Shown here in pieces: positions 19,862 through 29,844 of a stretch of DNA of 64,000 nt. How positions within the stretch are numbered: position 1 is the stretch's first letter; every line of letters begins with the position of its first letter. The notes below the pieces were generated by a model. It saw nothing but the letters and a program-made list of their open reading frames with translations, ran no database searches and was not told where the DNA came from. A program made the translations under genes and the position numbers. The DNA comes from Candidatus Bathyarchaeota archaeon (GTDB lineage: Archaea; Thermoproteota; Bathyarchaeia; TCS64), in contig CAVYLP010000006.1 in the NCBI GenBank assembly GCA_963769425.1, positions 960,915 to 1,024,914 on the forward strand, read 5' to 3'.

Positions 19862-20979
19862 TGACCAACTCCTATGGTATTGCCGATTCCAGCAATCACT
19901 ACGATGTCGCCGGGCTCCGTGTAGTCCATTACTATGCGCTTGACCGACTCGACCGCCTTGTCCGTGGCGTCGAAGAGGGGCTCTACGAGAGGCGCCACGA
20001 CGTGCTCCATCCCCTCCTTGATGGCGATCGCGTGCATGGGGATCTTGTACTTATTCGTAACCTCCTCCATCTTGAACTTCTCCTTACCCGAGCCACCTAT
20101 CGCGGCGCCTATGCCTTCGGAGACCTGCCCGACGGGCTCGCCCTCTAGCTTGCCCGCGGCGTCTATCGTGATGATTATCTTGACCTTCCCCTTGTGCTCC
20201 TCGATGATGTTGATGAGCCCCTCATCGGGGTTCCCGACGCTGCCACCCGGCCCCTTGGCCTTGAAGACGACGAGCGTCCTACCCTCATAGGGCACATCAG
20301 CAGCCACGATCTCCTCGGCGACGTCCCTCTGCGGATAGCCGTGCATCAGCTTAGCGGCGACGATCGGGCCGACGCCGTCACCGATTGGCATACCCTGCTC
20401 GAAGGCCTGAATACCCGAGCTGTAGGCCTCCACCATCTGAACTAGCTGGGGCAGAATCATGTGGACCTGCATGATGACGTAGATGTTCATCGTCTTCTTC
20501 CCGAGGAGGTAGTAGTGACGAATGATCTTGTAGAAAATATTGAGAGCCTGGCTCACCTCGATAAGGTTCTCCAAGTTGTTCCTCTCAGTTGGCGTCGCGT
20601 TGGGAGCGAGGGCCTTCACTTCAGCCTCGTAGATGTGCTTGTTAGTCTTCAGGAAGTGATCCATCTTGTCGACTATACCCGCGGGGTCCATACTCTCTAG
20701 GCCAATGCTGAAGAAGTCAATGAAGCGGTCAACCCGAGGCGCAATGTCCCCTGTGGGCTTACCGATCTCAACGAGCGTCTTGATGGTCTGATTCCGCGCC
20801 TCCTCCTTGACGATCTTAACCTTCCTCAGGGTGACCTCGATCTGCCTGAGCATCTGGAGGGTCTGAATCCTCTGAGCGTAGAAGAGGTAGATTATGAAAG
20901 CGAAACTGTATACCATCTGCAAAATCGTGTTCAGGTCAGTACCCTGCGTCTGCAGGATCTGACCAAATAGGAGAACCAT
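19858..20979 (-). CDS. DUF1512 family protein
   Basis: MDPAGIV, PIGDGVGP, KAKGPGG, IDAA.KLEGE, GIGNTIGVGQ. Confidence 0.85.
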   Translation of the reverse strand: MVLLFGQILQTQGTDLNTILQMVYSFAFIIYLFYAQRIQTLQMLRQIEVTLRKVKIVKEEARNQTIKTLVEIGKPTGDIAPRVDRFIDFFSIGLESMDPAGIVDKMDHFLKTNKHIYEAEVKALAPNATPTERNNLENLIEVSQALNIFYKIIRHYYLLGKKTMNIYVIMQVHMILPQLVQMVEAYSSGIQAFEQGMPIGDGVGPIVAAKLMHGYPQRDVAEEIVAADVPYEGRTLVVFKAKGPGGSVGNPDEGLINIIEEHKGKVKIIITIDAAGKLEGEPVGQVSEGIGAAIGGSGKEKFKMEEVTNKYKIPMHAIAIKEGMEHVVAPLVEPLFDATDKAVESVKRIVMDYTEPGDIVVIAGIGNTIGVGQ

Positions 20980-21127
20980 GCCGATCAGTGCTGTTGAAGA
21001 CTTGAATAGAGTTATAAACCTTAGTCTAAGGCCGATTTCCCGAGAAAAAACGGGTTATTTCAATCAGGGGTGATTTGGAAGTCATTCTGCAAAAGTCTTT
21101 TAGGCTCCTCGCCGTCGGGTTTGAGAG

Positions 21128-23959
21128 ATGTTCAGCTACGCGTCCAAGAGGATAACCCGCGGGAGGGGGCTGACTGTAGCCCTCTTCCTAAGCGTGGTGC
21201 TAGCCGCGACGCTCTTCTCCGGAATCCTCCAGGGCGCGGACGCCGTCAGCGGCTCAGCCCTCGACAACATGCTGAAGAACACGAAGTTCGACATAATGGA
21301 CACAAACATCTACGAGAAGAACACGACGAAGGTCAACATCTTCAACATTGACCCCTACTTCAAGACGCTCGACGGCGTTGACGGTGTCGACCACTTCGTG
21401 CGGCATTCAATCGAGCTTAACTCCACGACGATAAACGGGACTATACCCGTAACCCTGATCTCCTTGCCTCCCTCCGGTGAGATAGCGAAGGGGGTAACCG
21501 CACCTAACGGATTCGAGGACGGCAAGATCTACATAGACCTCGGCTCGATGAACGCGACGAAGTTCACGACGGGCCAGACTATCGACATTGGGATGCTCAC
21601 ATACACCCCTACAAGCGTGTTGGCGGGCTTCAAGCGCCTCTACTTCCCCGTAGAGGTGGGCACACCGATAGCGATGGACGACCAGACCTGGTCGATGTTC
21701 GTCTCGAACACCGACGGGGTCTCGTATTATAACCAATGGGTCACACTCGCCCTAGGGGGCTACAGCAACTGGGGAGGCAGACCCCAGTACAACATCGCGA
21801 TAGTCACCGAGAACACCTACAAGGAGATCATCAACCAACTCTTCGCGATGAGCCCCGTCAGGACACCCACGATAATCCACAGCGTAGTAGCGATAAGGCT
21901 TGACCGCGCGTCCCTCATCAACGAGTGGGACATCGCGGGCTCCGAGGCGCGGGTCCACAACATCGGCGAGCAGATCAACGGCATGGGAGGCGTCTACCAG
22001 TACATGCCGATAAACTACCTTGAGCAGGCCCTCAAGGGAGTCGAGGCGACCGCCGCCAAGACGAAGCTCAACACGATCGTAGTGACGATACCTGTCTTCT
22101 TCACCGCGTGGTACCTCGGCATGACGGTGTCAGACGTCGCCCTCGCCCTCAGGAGGAAGGAGATAGGGCTGCTGCTGACGCGTGGCATGAGCCACCGCCA
22201 GATATTCACGACCCTCTTATCTGAGTCTCTGCTCATAGGCGTGGTCTCGGGTGTACTCGGCGTCATCATCGGCGCCGTCGTGATGCCCCTGGTCGTTAGC
22301 CGCGCCACATTCGCGACGCTATTCCGGTTCGTGTCACCCCTCACCCTCGCCGCCACTATAGCGTTTAGCTTGGTGCTGGCAATCCTGTCCGCCTACAACC
22401 CCGCGAGGAAGGCGACGAAGATGGAGATAGTCGATGCGCTAAGGGAGTACCGCGAGGAGGAGGAGGGTCTCGGCGACTGGATGGTGCCCGCCCTCGCGCT
22501 GGGACTCGGCCTCTACAAGCTCGTGATGCTCCTGATGAACGTCAGCATCGATACGTACCAGCCCGCCTCGGGGGAGTTCATCACCTTCCTACTCTACTCC
22601 GTGTGGTACGGGATGGACTCGATACTCGGCTACATCTGGACCATCCTCCTCTTCTGGGGATTCACGAAGCTCTTCCTCATGTACGCCCCCCAGTTCCAGA
22701 ACGTGCTTTCAAACCTGGCGTCGAAGATCACGGGGGACGCCGCCAAGTTCACAAGCCTAAGCAGCAAGAGGAGCCTCAAGAGGGCCGGCTCATATACGTT
22801 CATGGTCGCTCTGATCATCAGCTACAGCTTCGTCGTCATCGGTAACGTCGCCATAACGAGCGACTATACGGGGAGAAACGCGGCCGGGCAGCAGGGTGCG
22901 GACGCCGTGGCCCTGGTCTACGTCCCAATAAAGGGGGGACTCTGGGACAAGAGCGCCATCACGAGCCTCGCCCAGCAGATCCGGGCCGTCCCCGGAGTCG
23001 AATCGGCCGCCATCGAGGTTATCTTCAACGCCGACACGAGCGCCGGGACGATACAGGTCAGGGCGATAGAGACCGACCAGTGGAACAAGACTGTCTACTC
23101 AGAGGATCTATCGATCAACCCTAGCCAATACGCCCAGCTAGCTGCGCCGGGGAGCGTCTTCCGCGACAAATACGGCGTCCTACAGGGGGCCAACACCCTC
23201 ATGGACAGAGGAGGGGCGACATTCTTCGGCCTCAAGCCGGATGGGACAGGGTACCTCAACCTAGAGGTCCAGAGACACGTCTACTCCCTGAAGATCGTCG
23301 GCCTATTCGGAAGGGACCTCGGGTCGAACTGGGTCCCCCAGTTCCCCATGGTCTATGTCCCACTGAACTTCACAAACAACTGGGAGCCCAGTTGGGTGAG
23401 CGGCATACGGATACCAATTAAGCTCTCACCGGGCGCAGACACACAGGCGATAGCGACCCAGATACAGGCGCTGAGCCCCAACGTCCAGAGGGTTGACATA
23501 ACAAGCCAGATTGTGGCTGAACAACAGGCCTCTCCGCTGCTCGGGGGATCACAGCAGGTCAACCAACTAGGAGTCATCTTCGCGTCCGCCGTCTCCTCGG
23601 TCGGCATGGCCCTGATAGTCTACACACTTCTTAGGAGCAGGTCGAAGGAACTCAACCTGATGTCGATAAGGGGGTACAGCACCCGCCAGCTTGCCATCAG
23701 CCTTACCGTGGAGAACGTGGGGCTGGCAACCCTCGCGACGATACTTGGCATAGGAAGCGGCATAGTCAGCCTGATGGGGGAGGTACAGCTACTGAACAAG
23801 TACATAACCACGTACACGGCGTGGAGGTTCGTCTTCCCGCTGATGTCACAGCTCCAACTTGCCCTACTGTACCTGATAATCGTCGCGGCCACAGTGATCC
23901 CGATAATACTCGTAGTAAGAAGAATCACGAACGAACCCAACGTAAAGGGTGTGGAATGA
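21128..23959 (+). CDS. FtsX-like ABC transporter permease
   Basis: RRKEIGLL..RG and RSKELNLM..RG repeats; large extracytoplasmic loops. Confidence 0.85.
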   Translation: MFSYASKRITRGRGLTVALFLSVVLAATLFSGILQGADAVSGSALDNMLKNTKFDIMDTNIYEKNTTKVNIFNIDPYFKTLDGVDGVDHFVRHSIELNSTTINGTIPVTLISLPPSGEIAKGVTAPNGFEDGKIYIDLGSMNATKFTTGQTIDIGMLTYTPTSVLAGFKRLYFPVEVGTPIAMDDQTWSMFVSNTDGVSYYNQWVTLALGGYSNWGGRPQYNIAIVTENTYKEIINQLFAMSPVRTPTIIHSVVAIRLDRASLINEWDIAGSEARVHNIGEQINGMGGVYQYMPINYLEQALKGVEATAAKTKLNTIVVTIPVFFTAWYLGMTVSDVALALRRKEIGLLLTRGMSHRQIFTTLLSESLLIGVVSGVLGVIIGAVVMPLVVSRATFATLFRFVSPLTLAATIAFSLVLAILSAYNPARKATKMEIVDALREYREEEEGLGDWMVPALALGLGLYKLVMLLMNVSIDTYQPASGEFITFLLYSVWYGMDSILGYIWTILLFWGFTKLFLMYAPQFQNVLSNLASKITGDAAKFTSLSSKRSLKRAGSYTFMVALIISYSFVVIGNVAITSDYTGRNAAGQQGADAVALVYVPIKGGLWDKSAITSLAQQIRAVPGVESAAIEVIFNADTSAGTIQVRAIETDQWNKTVYSEDLSINPSQYAQLAAPGSVFRDKYGVLQGANTLMDRGGATFFGLKPDGTGYLNLEVQRHVYSLKIVGLFGRDLGSNWVPQFPMVYVPLNFTNNWEPSWVSGIRIPIKLSPGADTQAIATQIQALSPNVQRVDITSQIVAEQQASPLLGGSQQVNQLGVIFASAVSSVGMALIVYTLLRSRSKELNLMSIRGYSTRQLAISLTVENVGLATLATILGIGSGIVSLMGEVQLLNKYITTYTAWRFVFPLMSQLQLALLYLIIVAATVIPIILVVRRITNEPNVKGVE

Positions 23960-24852
23960 TGAGCGAATACGCAGTTGAAGCAAGGAACCTGATAAAGGTC
24001 TACAAGACGGGGGAGCTGGAGGTCCAGGCCCTCAGGGGTCTAAGCGTCACCGTCGCTAAAGGCGAGATGGTCGCCCTCATAGGCCCATCCGGCTCGGGGA
24101 AGAGCACCTTCCTGAACATCATCGGCGGCCTAGACAGGGCAACGGCGGGGTACATCGGCGTCATGGGAAGCGACCTCACCCAGCTCAACGCCTCCCAGCT
24201 GGTCGAGTTCAGGAGGAAGACCGTCGGCCACGTCTTCCAGAACATGAACCTCATCCCCACACTCACCGCCGCCGAGAACGTGGAGCTACCCATGGCGGCA
24301 CTCGGGGTCAAGAAGGACGCACGCCGCAAGCGAGTCGAGGAACTCATAGGAGTCGTCGGCCTCAAGGAGCGGATGGGCCACAAGCCCGGAGAACTCAGCG
24401 GCGGGGAGCAGCAGCGCATAGCTCTAGCCGCGGCCCTCGCAAACGACCCACCGCTCATCCTCGCCGACGAGCCCACGGGAGAACTCGACACAGAGAACGC
24501 CCTCATAGTCGTCAACTATCTCGCCAAGACGAACAGGGAGCTAGGGAAGACCATCATTATGGTCACCCACGACCCCCGAGTCGCCCGTGCCGCGAGCCGC
24601 ATACTCAGGATACTGGATGGCGTCATCGCCACAGACGTTGCACCGAGTGAGGAGGCGGCGCCTACACAGACCAACTACACGGACATGCTCAAGACCCGTA
24701 TATCCAGCATCGACTCACAGCTTACTATCCTCGACCAGGAGTTCAGGAAGGGCCTGATCTCCAGCGACCAGTTCGTTGAGAGGCAAACCAACCTAAAGAA
24801 GACTAGAGACGTCCTCGGCGAGGAACTCCACCGTCTAGGTGTCGTTCACTAA
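23956..24852 (+). CDS. ABC transporter ATP-binding protein (LolD/MacB-like)
   Basis: GPSGSGKS, LSGGEQQR, LADEPTGELD. Confidence 0.93.
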   Translation: MMSEYAVEARNLIKVYKTGELEVQALRGLSVTVAKGEMVALIGPSGSGKSTFLNIIGGLDRATAGYIGVMGSDLTQLNASQLVEFRRKTVGHVFQNMNLIPTLTAAENVELPMAALGVKKDARRKRVEELIGVVGLKERMGHKPGELSGGEQQRIALAAALANDPPLILADEPTGELDTENALIVVNYLAKTNRELGKTIIMVTHDPRVARAASRILRILDGVIATDVAPSEEAAPTQTNYTDMLKTRISSIDSQLTILDQEFRKGLISSDQFVERQTNLKKTRDVLGEELHRLGVVH

Positions 24853-24882
24853 ACTAAAGCCCTTTTTATTAAGAGAAGAGGT

Positions 24883-25005
24883 GGGCCACCAGCTTCCCCG
24901 GCTTCGCGTCGCCGAAGACAACACTACCACCGCGAACGGAGCGTGGTTTAACTTCCGAGTTCGGAATGGGTTCGGGTGGTTCCCACGCCCTATGGCCGGT
25001 AACCC
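24883..25005 (-). rRNA. rrf: 5S rRNA (stand-alone)
   Basis: Reverse strand GGGTTACCGGCCATAG...CCCATTCCGAACTCGGAAGTTAA...GCTGGTGGCCC; terminal helix and loop C consensus. Confidence 0.93.
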
Positions 25006-25115
25006 AAACCAATGGCTATGGGTGTTTATTTTAAACCTTTTGGTGGTTTCTTTCACGTATTTTTAATTAAGAGCATCGGTAAGAATGTGGGAAATTTGAA
25101 AAAAAATATGGAGAT

Positions 25116-25439
25116 TTATCTCTCTACGGAGTCTAAGTGGAACTCAACAACCCAGACAACTTGGTCTGATTTCCAATTCCCATAAAGTTTCTGCCACTCA
25201 ATAATGTAATCCTTGAGACTCGGCGTCCCTTCCTTAATAGCGTCCTGCTCATTCATTTCGCAGAGTCTTTGAGTGTATAATCGATCAATCTTTATCCTTT
25301 GAGGTAGATGAGTGAAGAATCCTGAGCGAATAAAGTAACTTCTGCCCTCCTTCACTAATGGTCGTTTCGTCCTTCTGGTTGCTGTCTTCTCCCCACTTAG
25401 CAGCAGTGGCAAGTAGGATTTCTTCCAGAGTAGAGTCAA
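25116..25439 (-). CDS. ASCH-domain protein
   Basis: LLSGEKTATRR, DAIKEG, VWVVEF. Confidence 0.85.
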   Translation of the reverse strand: MTLLWKKSYLPLLLSGEKTATRRTKRPLVKEGRSYFIRSGFFTHLPQRIKIDRLYTQRLCEMNEQDAIKEGTPSLKDYIIEWQKLYGNWKSDQVVWVVEFHLDSVER

Positions 25440-25523
25440 CGATTAGATCTAATCATAACTAACTTTAGTCTTGTTTGGTCCCGGTAACGCTTATTAAGTG
25501 AAACCCTGTATGCGATTTGCACG

Positions 25524-25656
25524 GGGGTCGTGGTCTAGACAGGTATGACGTTGGGCTCCAGAAATCCATGAAGGACTAAACTGACCCGTGAGGGGATGAC
25601 GAGTTTTTGGAGCAGAAACCCAAATGCCGGGGGTTCAAATCCTCCCGACCCCACCA
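25524..25656 (+). tRNA. tRNA-Trp(CCA) with 56-nt intron at 37/38 (25562-25617)
   Basis: Acceptor GGGGTCG/CGACCCC, anticodon stem TTGGG/CCCAA, CCA at 25558-60, GGTTCAAATCC T-arm, encoded CCA. Confidence 0.9.
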
Positions 25657-25734
25657 TTCACCCTGAGTAGTTCTGCGTTCGTGAAGATTCTGATCCTGCT
25701 GTCGACTTCGTGTCGATAAGCGTGATTCTCTGAT

Positions 25735-26214
25735 TTACTTGGGTTTACCATTTGGGAAACGGTCGGCCACGAGGTTGAGCCTGATCCCATGCTCGAGCCA
25801 CGCCTTCAGCCCGGATAAGACCCAGGTGAATCCCCCCGTTGAGCCGAGAGCGGAGTTGACGATCGCGTCGCCGTCCCCGTGGAAGCCGCTCTCGGTGACG
25901 CTGACGAAGGTCGCTCCATCCCCGTGTGGGGTGAAGACCCACTCTACTCTGGTCGGGCCGCCGTAGCCCGCCCACTCGATCAGTATCCGCTTATTCTCCA
26001 CGATCTCCTTCACATCGACCTCGGCAGAGACGTTGTACATCTCCCACTTCCAAGTGACCTTCTTGCCAGCCTCCAGCCTCCCGGTGCCCTTTGTGAACCA
26101 GAAGTTGGTTGTGACCTCGGGGTCGATGAAGGCGTTGAATACTTCGCCCACTGGCCTGCGGATGAGCATCTCCGCCTTGGCGACCGGTTCCTTTGTAAGA
26201 ATAAGCTTCTCCAT
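25735..26214 (-). CDS. SRPBCC/AHSA1-family protein
   Basis: MLIRRPVGEVFNAFIDP..FWFTKG, STGGFTWVL.GLKAWLEHG. Confidence 0.88.
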   Translation of the reverse strand: MEKLILTKEPVAKAEMLIRRPVGEVFNAFIDPEVTTNFWFTKGTGRLEAGKKVTWKWEMYNVSAEVDVKEIVENKRILIEWAGYGGPTRVEWVFTPHGDGATFVSVTESGFHGDGDAIVNSALGSTGGFTWVLSGLKAWLEHGIRLNLVADRFPNGKPK

Positions 26215-26269
26215 GCATTTGCTTCCATCGATTGTACTATTATAGCTTCGGCTGTGTGGTCATCTTAGC

Positions 26270-27079
26270 CTAGTGGATCCTCGACAGAATCTCTTCCCTC
26301 TCAAACATGCTGAGCCCGATCTTCAGGATCACTACGTCGATGGCGGCGAAGAGGGCGGTGAGGATGAGGATCACGACAGGGACAAGGAGGAGTATCCCGA
26401 ACGCCTGCCCGACTACCAGCCCCATTATGGGAACTATTATGAGAACACTCAGCTGTTGCGCCTCCCTGAACCCCTTCACGCGCGCCGACACGATGACGGT
26501 TAGCGCGATCCCAGCCACTGAAACCGCCGGTGAGAGGAGGAAGATCACTAGCACCCAGTTGATCGTGGGGATTATGAGTCGGCCGAAGAGGCCGAAGCCG
26601 AGATAGTCCACAATTGCGGTGTAGGTGATGAATGAGGCCAGCGTCACTATCATCGAGGGGACGAAGGAGACTAGTATCTTTCCCATCATGAGCTCCGCGT
26701 CGCTGAGGGGCGTCGCGAGGAGGCCTTCGATAGTCTTCCTCTCTTTCTCCCCCGCAAAGCTGTCACTGGCTATAACGCTGCTCGCCATCGCGGGGATGAG
26801 GAGGAAGAATGGAAGGAATAGGTAGCCCAACAGGAGGTAGACGACCGTCTGCTGTTCTGTGAATCCGGCGATCTCCGCCCTCACGTTGGCGGGGAGGATA
26901 CCCAGTATGCCGCTTACGTCGCCGTTCGTGGAGGCGCCGGCTGGGATGAGCATTATGACTGAAGGGAGGAAGACCGAGAAGATGAGCGGGACGATGAGTA
27001 TCGGTGCAAGTATCTCCCAGTTCCTCCTGATCTCCAGCCAGTCTTTCCTGAACACTAGCAGAACCTTGTCCGCCCTCAT
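26270..27079 (-). CDS. ABC-2 type transporter permease
   Basis: SFAGEKERKTIEGLLATP..GK motif, TM segments. Confidence 0.88.
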   Translation of the reverse strand: MRADKVLLVFRKDWLEIRRNWEILAPILIVPLIFSVFLPSVIMLIPAGASTNGDVSGILGILPANVRAEIAGFTEQQTVVYLLLGYLFLPFFLLIPAMASSVIASDSFAGEKERKTIEGLLATPLSDAELMMGKILVSFVPSMIVTLASFITYTAIVDYLGFGLFGRLIIPTINWVLVIFLLSPAVSVAGIALTVIVSARVKGFREAQQLSVLIIVPIMGLVVGQAFGILLLVPVVILILTALFAAIDVVILKIGLSMFEREEILSRIH

Positions 27080-28017
27080 CAGGAATCCTCCTTGGTGAGT
27101 TCTAGATACGCGTCCTCTAGGGTCGGTTTCAGGATGTTCACTGACTTGACACGCCCCCCGGCTTGAACCAATGCCTTGACCACGTCAGGTGTCTCAGCCT
27201 CGGGGTCGTCTAGGTCGAAAATGAGGGATGTGAGGCCCTCGGCTCTGACGTTTTTAACTCCCTTCGTCTTCGATGCTTTGACGATGAGTTTTTCGTCGAC
27301 CTCCTCAAGGACTACCTCTAGCTCGGGTGCGCCGTGTAGCTTCCTCTGCAGGTCGCTTATGCTCCCGGCGGCGAGGGCTACCCCCCTCCTGATTATCATG
27401 ACGCGGTTGCAGAGCCTCTCCGCCTCCTCGAGGTTGTGTGTGCAGAGGACTATGGTGTGTCTCTCCTGGCGGCTCATCTTCTCCATCAGGTCCCTGATGT
27501 CCTTCGCCGCCTTCGGGTCGAGTCCGGATGATGGCTCGTCGAGGAATACGACTTGGGGACTGTGTACGACAGCTTTCGCTATGGCGAGCTTCTGCCTCAT
27601 CCCTCTGGAGAAGGTGCCCGCCTTGTCCCCGCGGCGGTCCCAGAGGTCGAAGAACTCGAGTAGATCCCTGACGCGGGTGTCCCTCCCCACCTTATCCTTG
27701 AGTCCATAGGCCTCTGCAAAGAATTCCATATTCTCCAACGCGGTCAGCCTGTCATATATACCGGGGTTCTCAGTGAGCACGCCAACTGCCTCCCTGACTC
27801 TGAGGGGCTCCCTCACGATGTCGAACCCGGCGACGCTAGCGGAGCCCTCGCTCGGGGAGATGAGGCATGATAGCACCCTGACGGTCGTCGTCTTCCCTGA
27901 ACCGTTCGGGCCCAGGAGGCCGAATATCTCACCGGGTTCCACCTTGAAACTCAGCTTATCGAGGGCGGTCAGGACTCCGAAGCGCTTGCTGATGCCCACC
28001 GCCTCGATGCCGGACAT
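27079..28017 (-). CDS. ABC transporter ATP-binding protein
   Basis: GPNGSGKTT, FSRGMRQK, LDEPSSGLD. Confidence 0.93.
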   Translation of the reverse strand: MSGIEAVGISKRFGVLTALDKLSFKVEPGEIFGLLGPNGSGKTTTVRVLSCLISPSEGSASVAGFDIVREPLRVREAVGVLTENPGIYDRLTALENMEFFAEAYGLKDKVGRDTRVRDLLEFFDLWDRRGDKAGTFSRGMRQKLAIAKAVVHSPQVVFLDEPSSGLDPKAAKDIRDLMEKMSRQERHTIVLCTHNLEEAERLCNRVMIIRRGVALAAGSISDLQRKLHGAPELEVVLEEVDEKLIVKASKTKGVKNVRAEGLTSLIFDLDDPEAETPDVVKALVQAGGRVKSVNILKPTLEDAYLELTKEDS

Positions 28018-28120
28018 GTGTAATCTATCAAATATTCGGAGTCGGCGATTTAAGGAGGGGGCTGCTTACCCTCTGGGGTTAACTGTATAAAGAGGGTTTC
28101 ATGTCGTTTGCCTGAGTCGA

Positions 28121-28333
28121 ATGTCGAATAAGATGAGTGAGAACGAGAGGCGGATTGTCTACCTCTCCGTGTTAGTAGTGGCAGTCCTCGCTATTCTCCT
28201 TGGGCTCTCAAACGATCAGACCTACTCAGCCGTCACGGTTCTCTTCATCGTCATCGTCGTAATCGGGAACATCATTTACTTCTATCGCAGGATGAAGCGT
28301 AAGCCAGAGGAGAAGAAGGTAGGAACGGATTAG
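28121..28333 (+). CDS. Small 2-TM membrane protein
   Basis: Two hydrophobic helices and a basic tail; fills the intergenic gap. Confidence 0.6.
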   Translation: MSNKMSENERRIVYLSVLVVAVLAILLGLSNDQTYSAVTVLFIVIVVIGNIIYFYRRMKRKPEEKKVGTD

Positions 28334-28680
28334 CCCCTGAAGGTTATCTCGTACATAACACCGATCGGTTTCAGGGCCTCGTCGACCCGCTTGATGAGGT
28401 CGTCCACGTAGTCGCGGCTCGGCTTCACCATCCACACGTAGACGAAGTCATACCCCTCCAGGTCCTCACCCTTCGCGAGGATCTTACCACACCTCTCGTA
28501 GGTCACCTTCCCGCGCCCTTTGAAGTAGTTGTAGATCCAGTCGACCGTCTGGGTGTACGGGTCCGCGTGGTAGAGGAGTGGGTTCATGAGGCAGATCTCC
28601 GGGTTATCAAGCGCGACGCGCTCGAGGGCGGCGATGGCCTCGAGGTAGGGTGGGCCGTAGATGCGTATTAGTGCCTTCAG
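28330..28680 (-). CDS. Hypothetical protein, probable CTG start (MKALIRIYGPPYLEAIAALE...)
   Basis: Protein-like frame extends 31 codons above ATG 28587; no in-frame ATG/GTG/TTG in the intergenic space. Confidence 0.65.
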   Translation of the reverse strand: MKALIRIYGPPYLEAIAALERVALDNPEICLMNPLLYHADPYTQTVDWIYNYFKGRGKVTYERCGKILAKGEDLEGYDFVYVWMVKPSRDYVDDLIKRVDEALKPIGVMYEITFRG

Positions 28681-28736
28681 TTTCTTACACCGTTGGAAGC
28701 TTGGGAAGCATGGCGTATAATCCTTGGTTCCGGGGG

Positions 28737-29768
28737 CTAGGCCGAAATATACTCTATGAACGCCTTAACGAGCCTGATGGTGTTCTCGATGTCCTCCGTC
28801 GTCGTTATCGAGGCTGGGCCGTGGATATATCTGCACGGCACCGCTATCGTGCCGCTGGGGACGCCGCCCTTCGTGAGGTGGATGCTTCCCGCGTCGGTTC
28901 CACCGCTCGGGATCTTCTTGAACTGGTAAGGTATCTTACTCTCCTCAGCAGCCTCCGTTATCGCCTTGAGAACCTTTGGGTGAGCGATGACGCTCGCATC
29001 GGCTATTGTCACGACGGGGCCCTTCTTGAGGGAGGCGGGGACCATATGGGGCGCCATCCCCGGCATGTCGACGGCGAATGTGCCCTCGAGAGCAAGGCCG
29101 TAGTCCGGGTCGACTTGGTAAGCAGCCGTTCTGCTGCCCCTCAACCCAACCTCTTCCTGGACCGTCCCCACGGCTACGACGTTTACTGGCGACCCCCTGA
29201 GGGATTTGAAGACCTCAGCCATGACGTAGCAGCCAACTCGGTCGTCGAGAGCCTTACCCCTTACATAGCCGCCACCGAGGTCGAGGAAGTCGACGTCAAA
29301 GACGCCGGTCATCCCTTCGCAGGCGCCCCTCGTCTCCGCCTCCTCACGGGTGCATGTTCCAATATCGACGAAGAGGTCATCGAGGACGACCGGTTTCTTC
29401 CTCTCCTCCTCACTCATGATATGCGGTGGCTTCGTGCCGATTACCCCCCTCAGGTCCCCCTTCTTCCCGCGGAAGATGAGCCTCTGCCCGGGGAGGATGT
29501 TTGGGACGACTCCCCAGCTGTGTAGGCGGAGATAGCCCATGTCCTCGATGTGTCTGACGAGGAAGCCGACCTCGTCGGTGTGGGCAGCTAGCATGATCAG
29601 GGGTTTACCCTTCTCCCCCCTGTGAGTGAATAGGATGTTGCCGAGCCTGTCGACCCTCGTCTCGTCGGCGAAACCCTCGAGTTCTGCCTTCAGAATCTCC
29701 CTCGCCTCGTCCTCGTAGCCCGGTGGGCCGTAGGCGTTGGATAACTTCCTCAGAAGTGTGAGGTCCAT
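28737..29768 (-). CDS. M42-family (TET-like) aminopeptidase
   Basis: AAHTDEVG, KALDDRVG, QEEVGLRG, GGTDAG, RYIH. Confidence 0.93.
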   Translation of the reverse strand: MDLTLLRKLSNAYGPPGYEDEAREILKAELEGFADETRVDRLGNILFTHRGEKGKPLIMLAAHTDEVGFLVRHIEDMGYLRLHSWGVVPNILPGQRLIFRGKKGDLRGVIGTKPPHIMSEEERKKPVVLDDLFVDIGTCTREEAETRGACEGMTGVFDVDFLDLGGGYVRGKALDDRVGCYVMAEVFKSLRGSPVNVVAVGTVQEEVGLRGSRTAAYQVDPDYGLALEGTFAVDMPGMAPHMVPASLKKGPVVTIADASVIAHPKVLKAITEAAEESKIPYQFKKIPSGGTDAGSIHLTKGGVPSGTIAVPCRYIHGPASITTTEDIENTIRLVKAFIEYISA

Positions 29769-29844
29769 GTCAGATCGTCTCTGAATGGGGGCGATAGGCG
29801 ATATAATACTAGAGAATACTGTGGGCGTAATATCGAGGTATTAG

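Noticed and set aside
24835-25066. Short ORFs on both strands
   Set aside because: They overlap the 5S rRNA gene.
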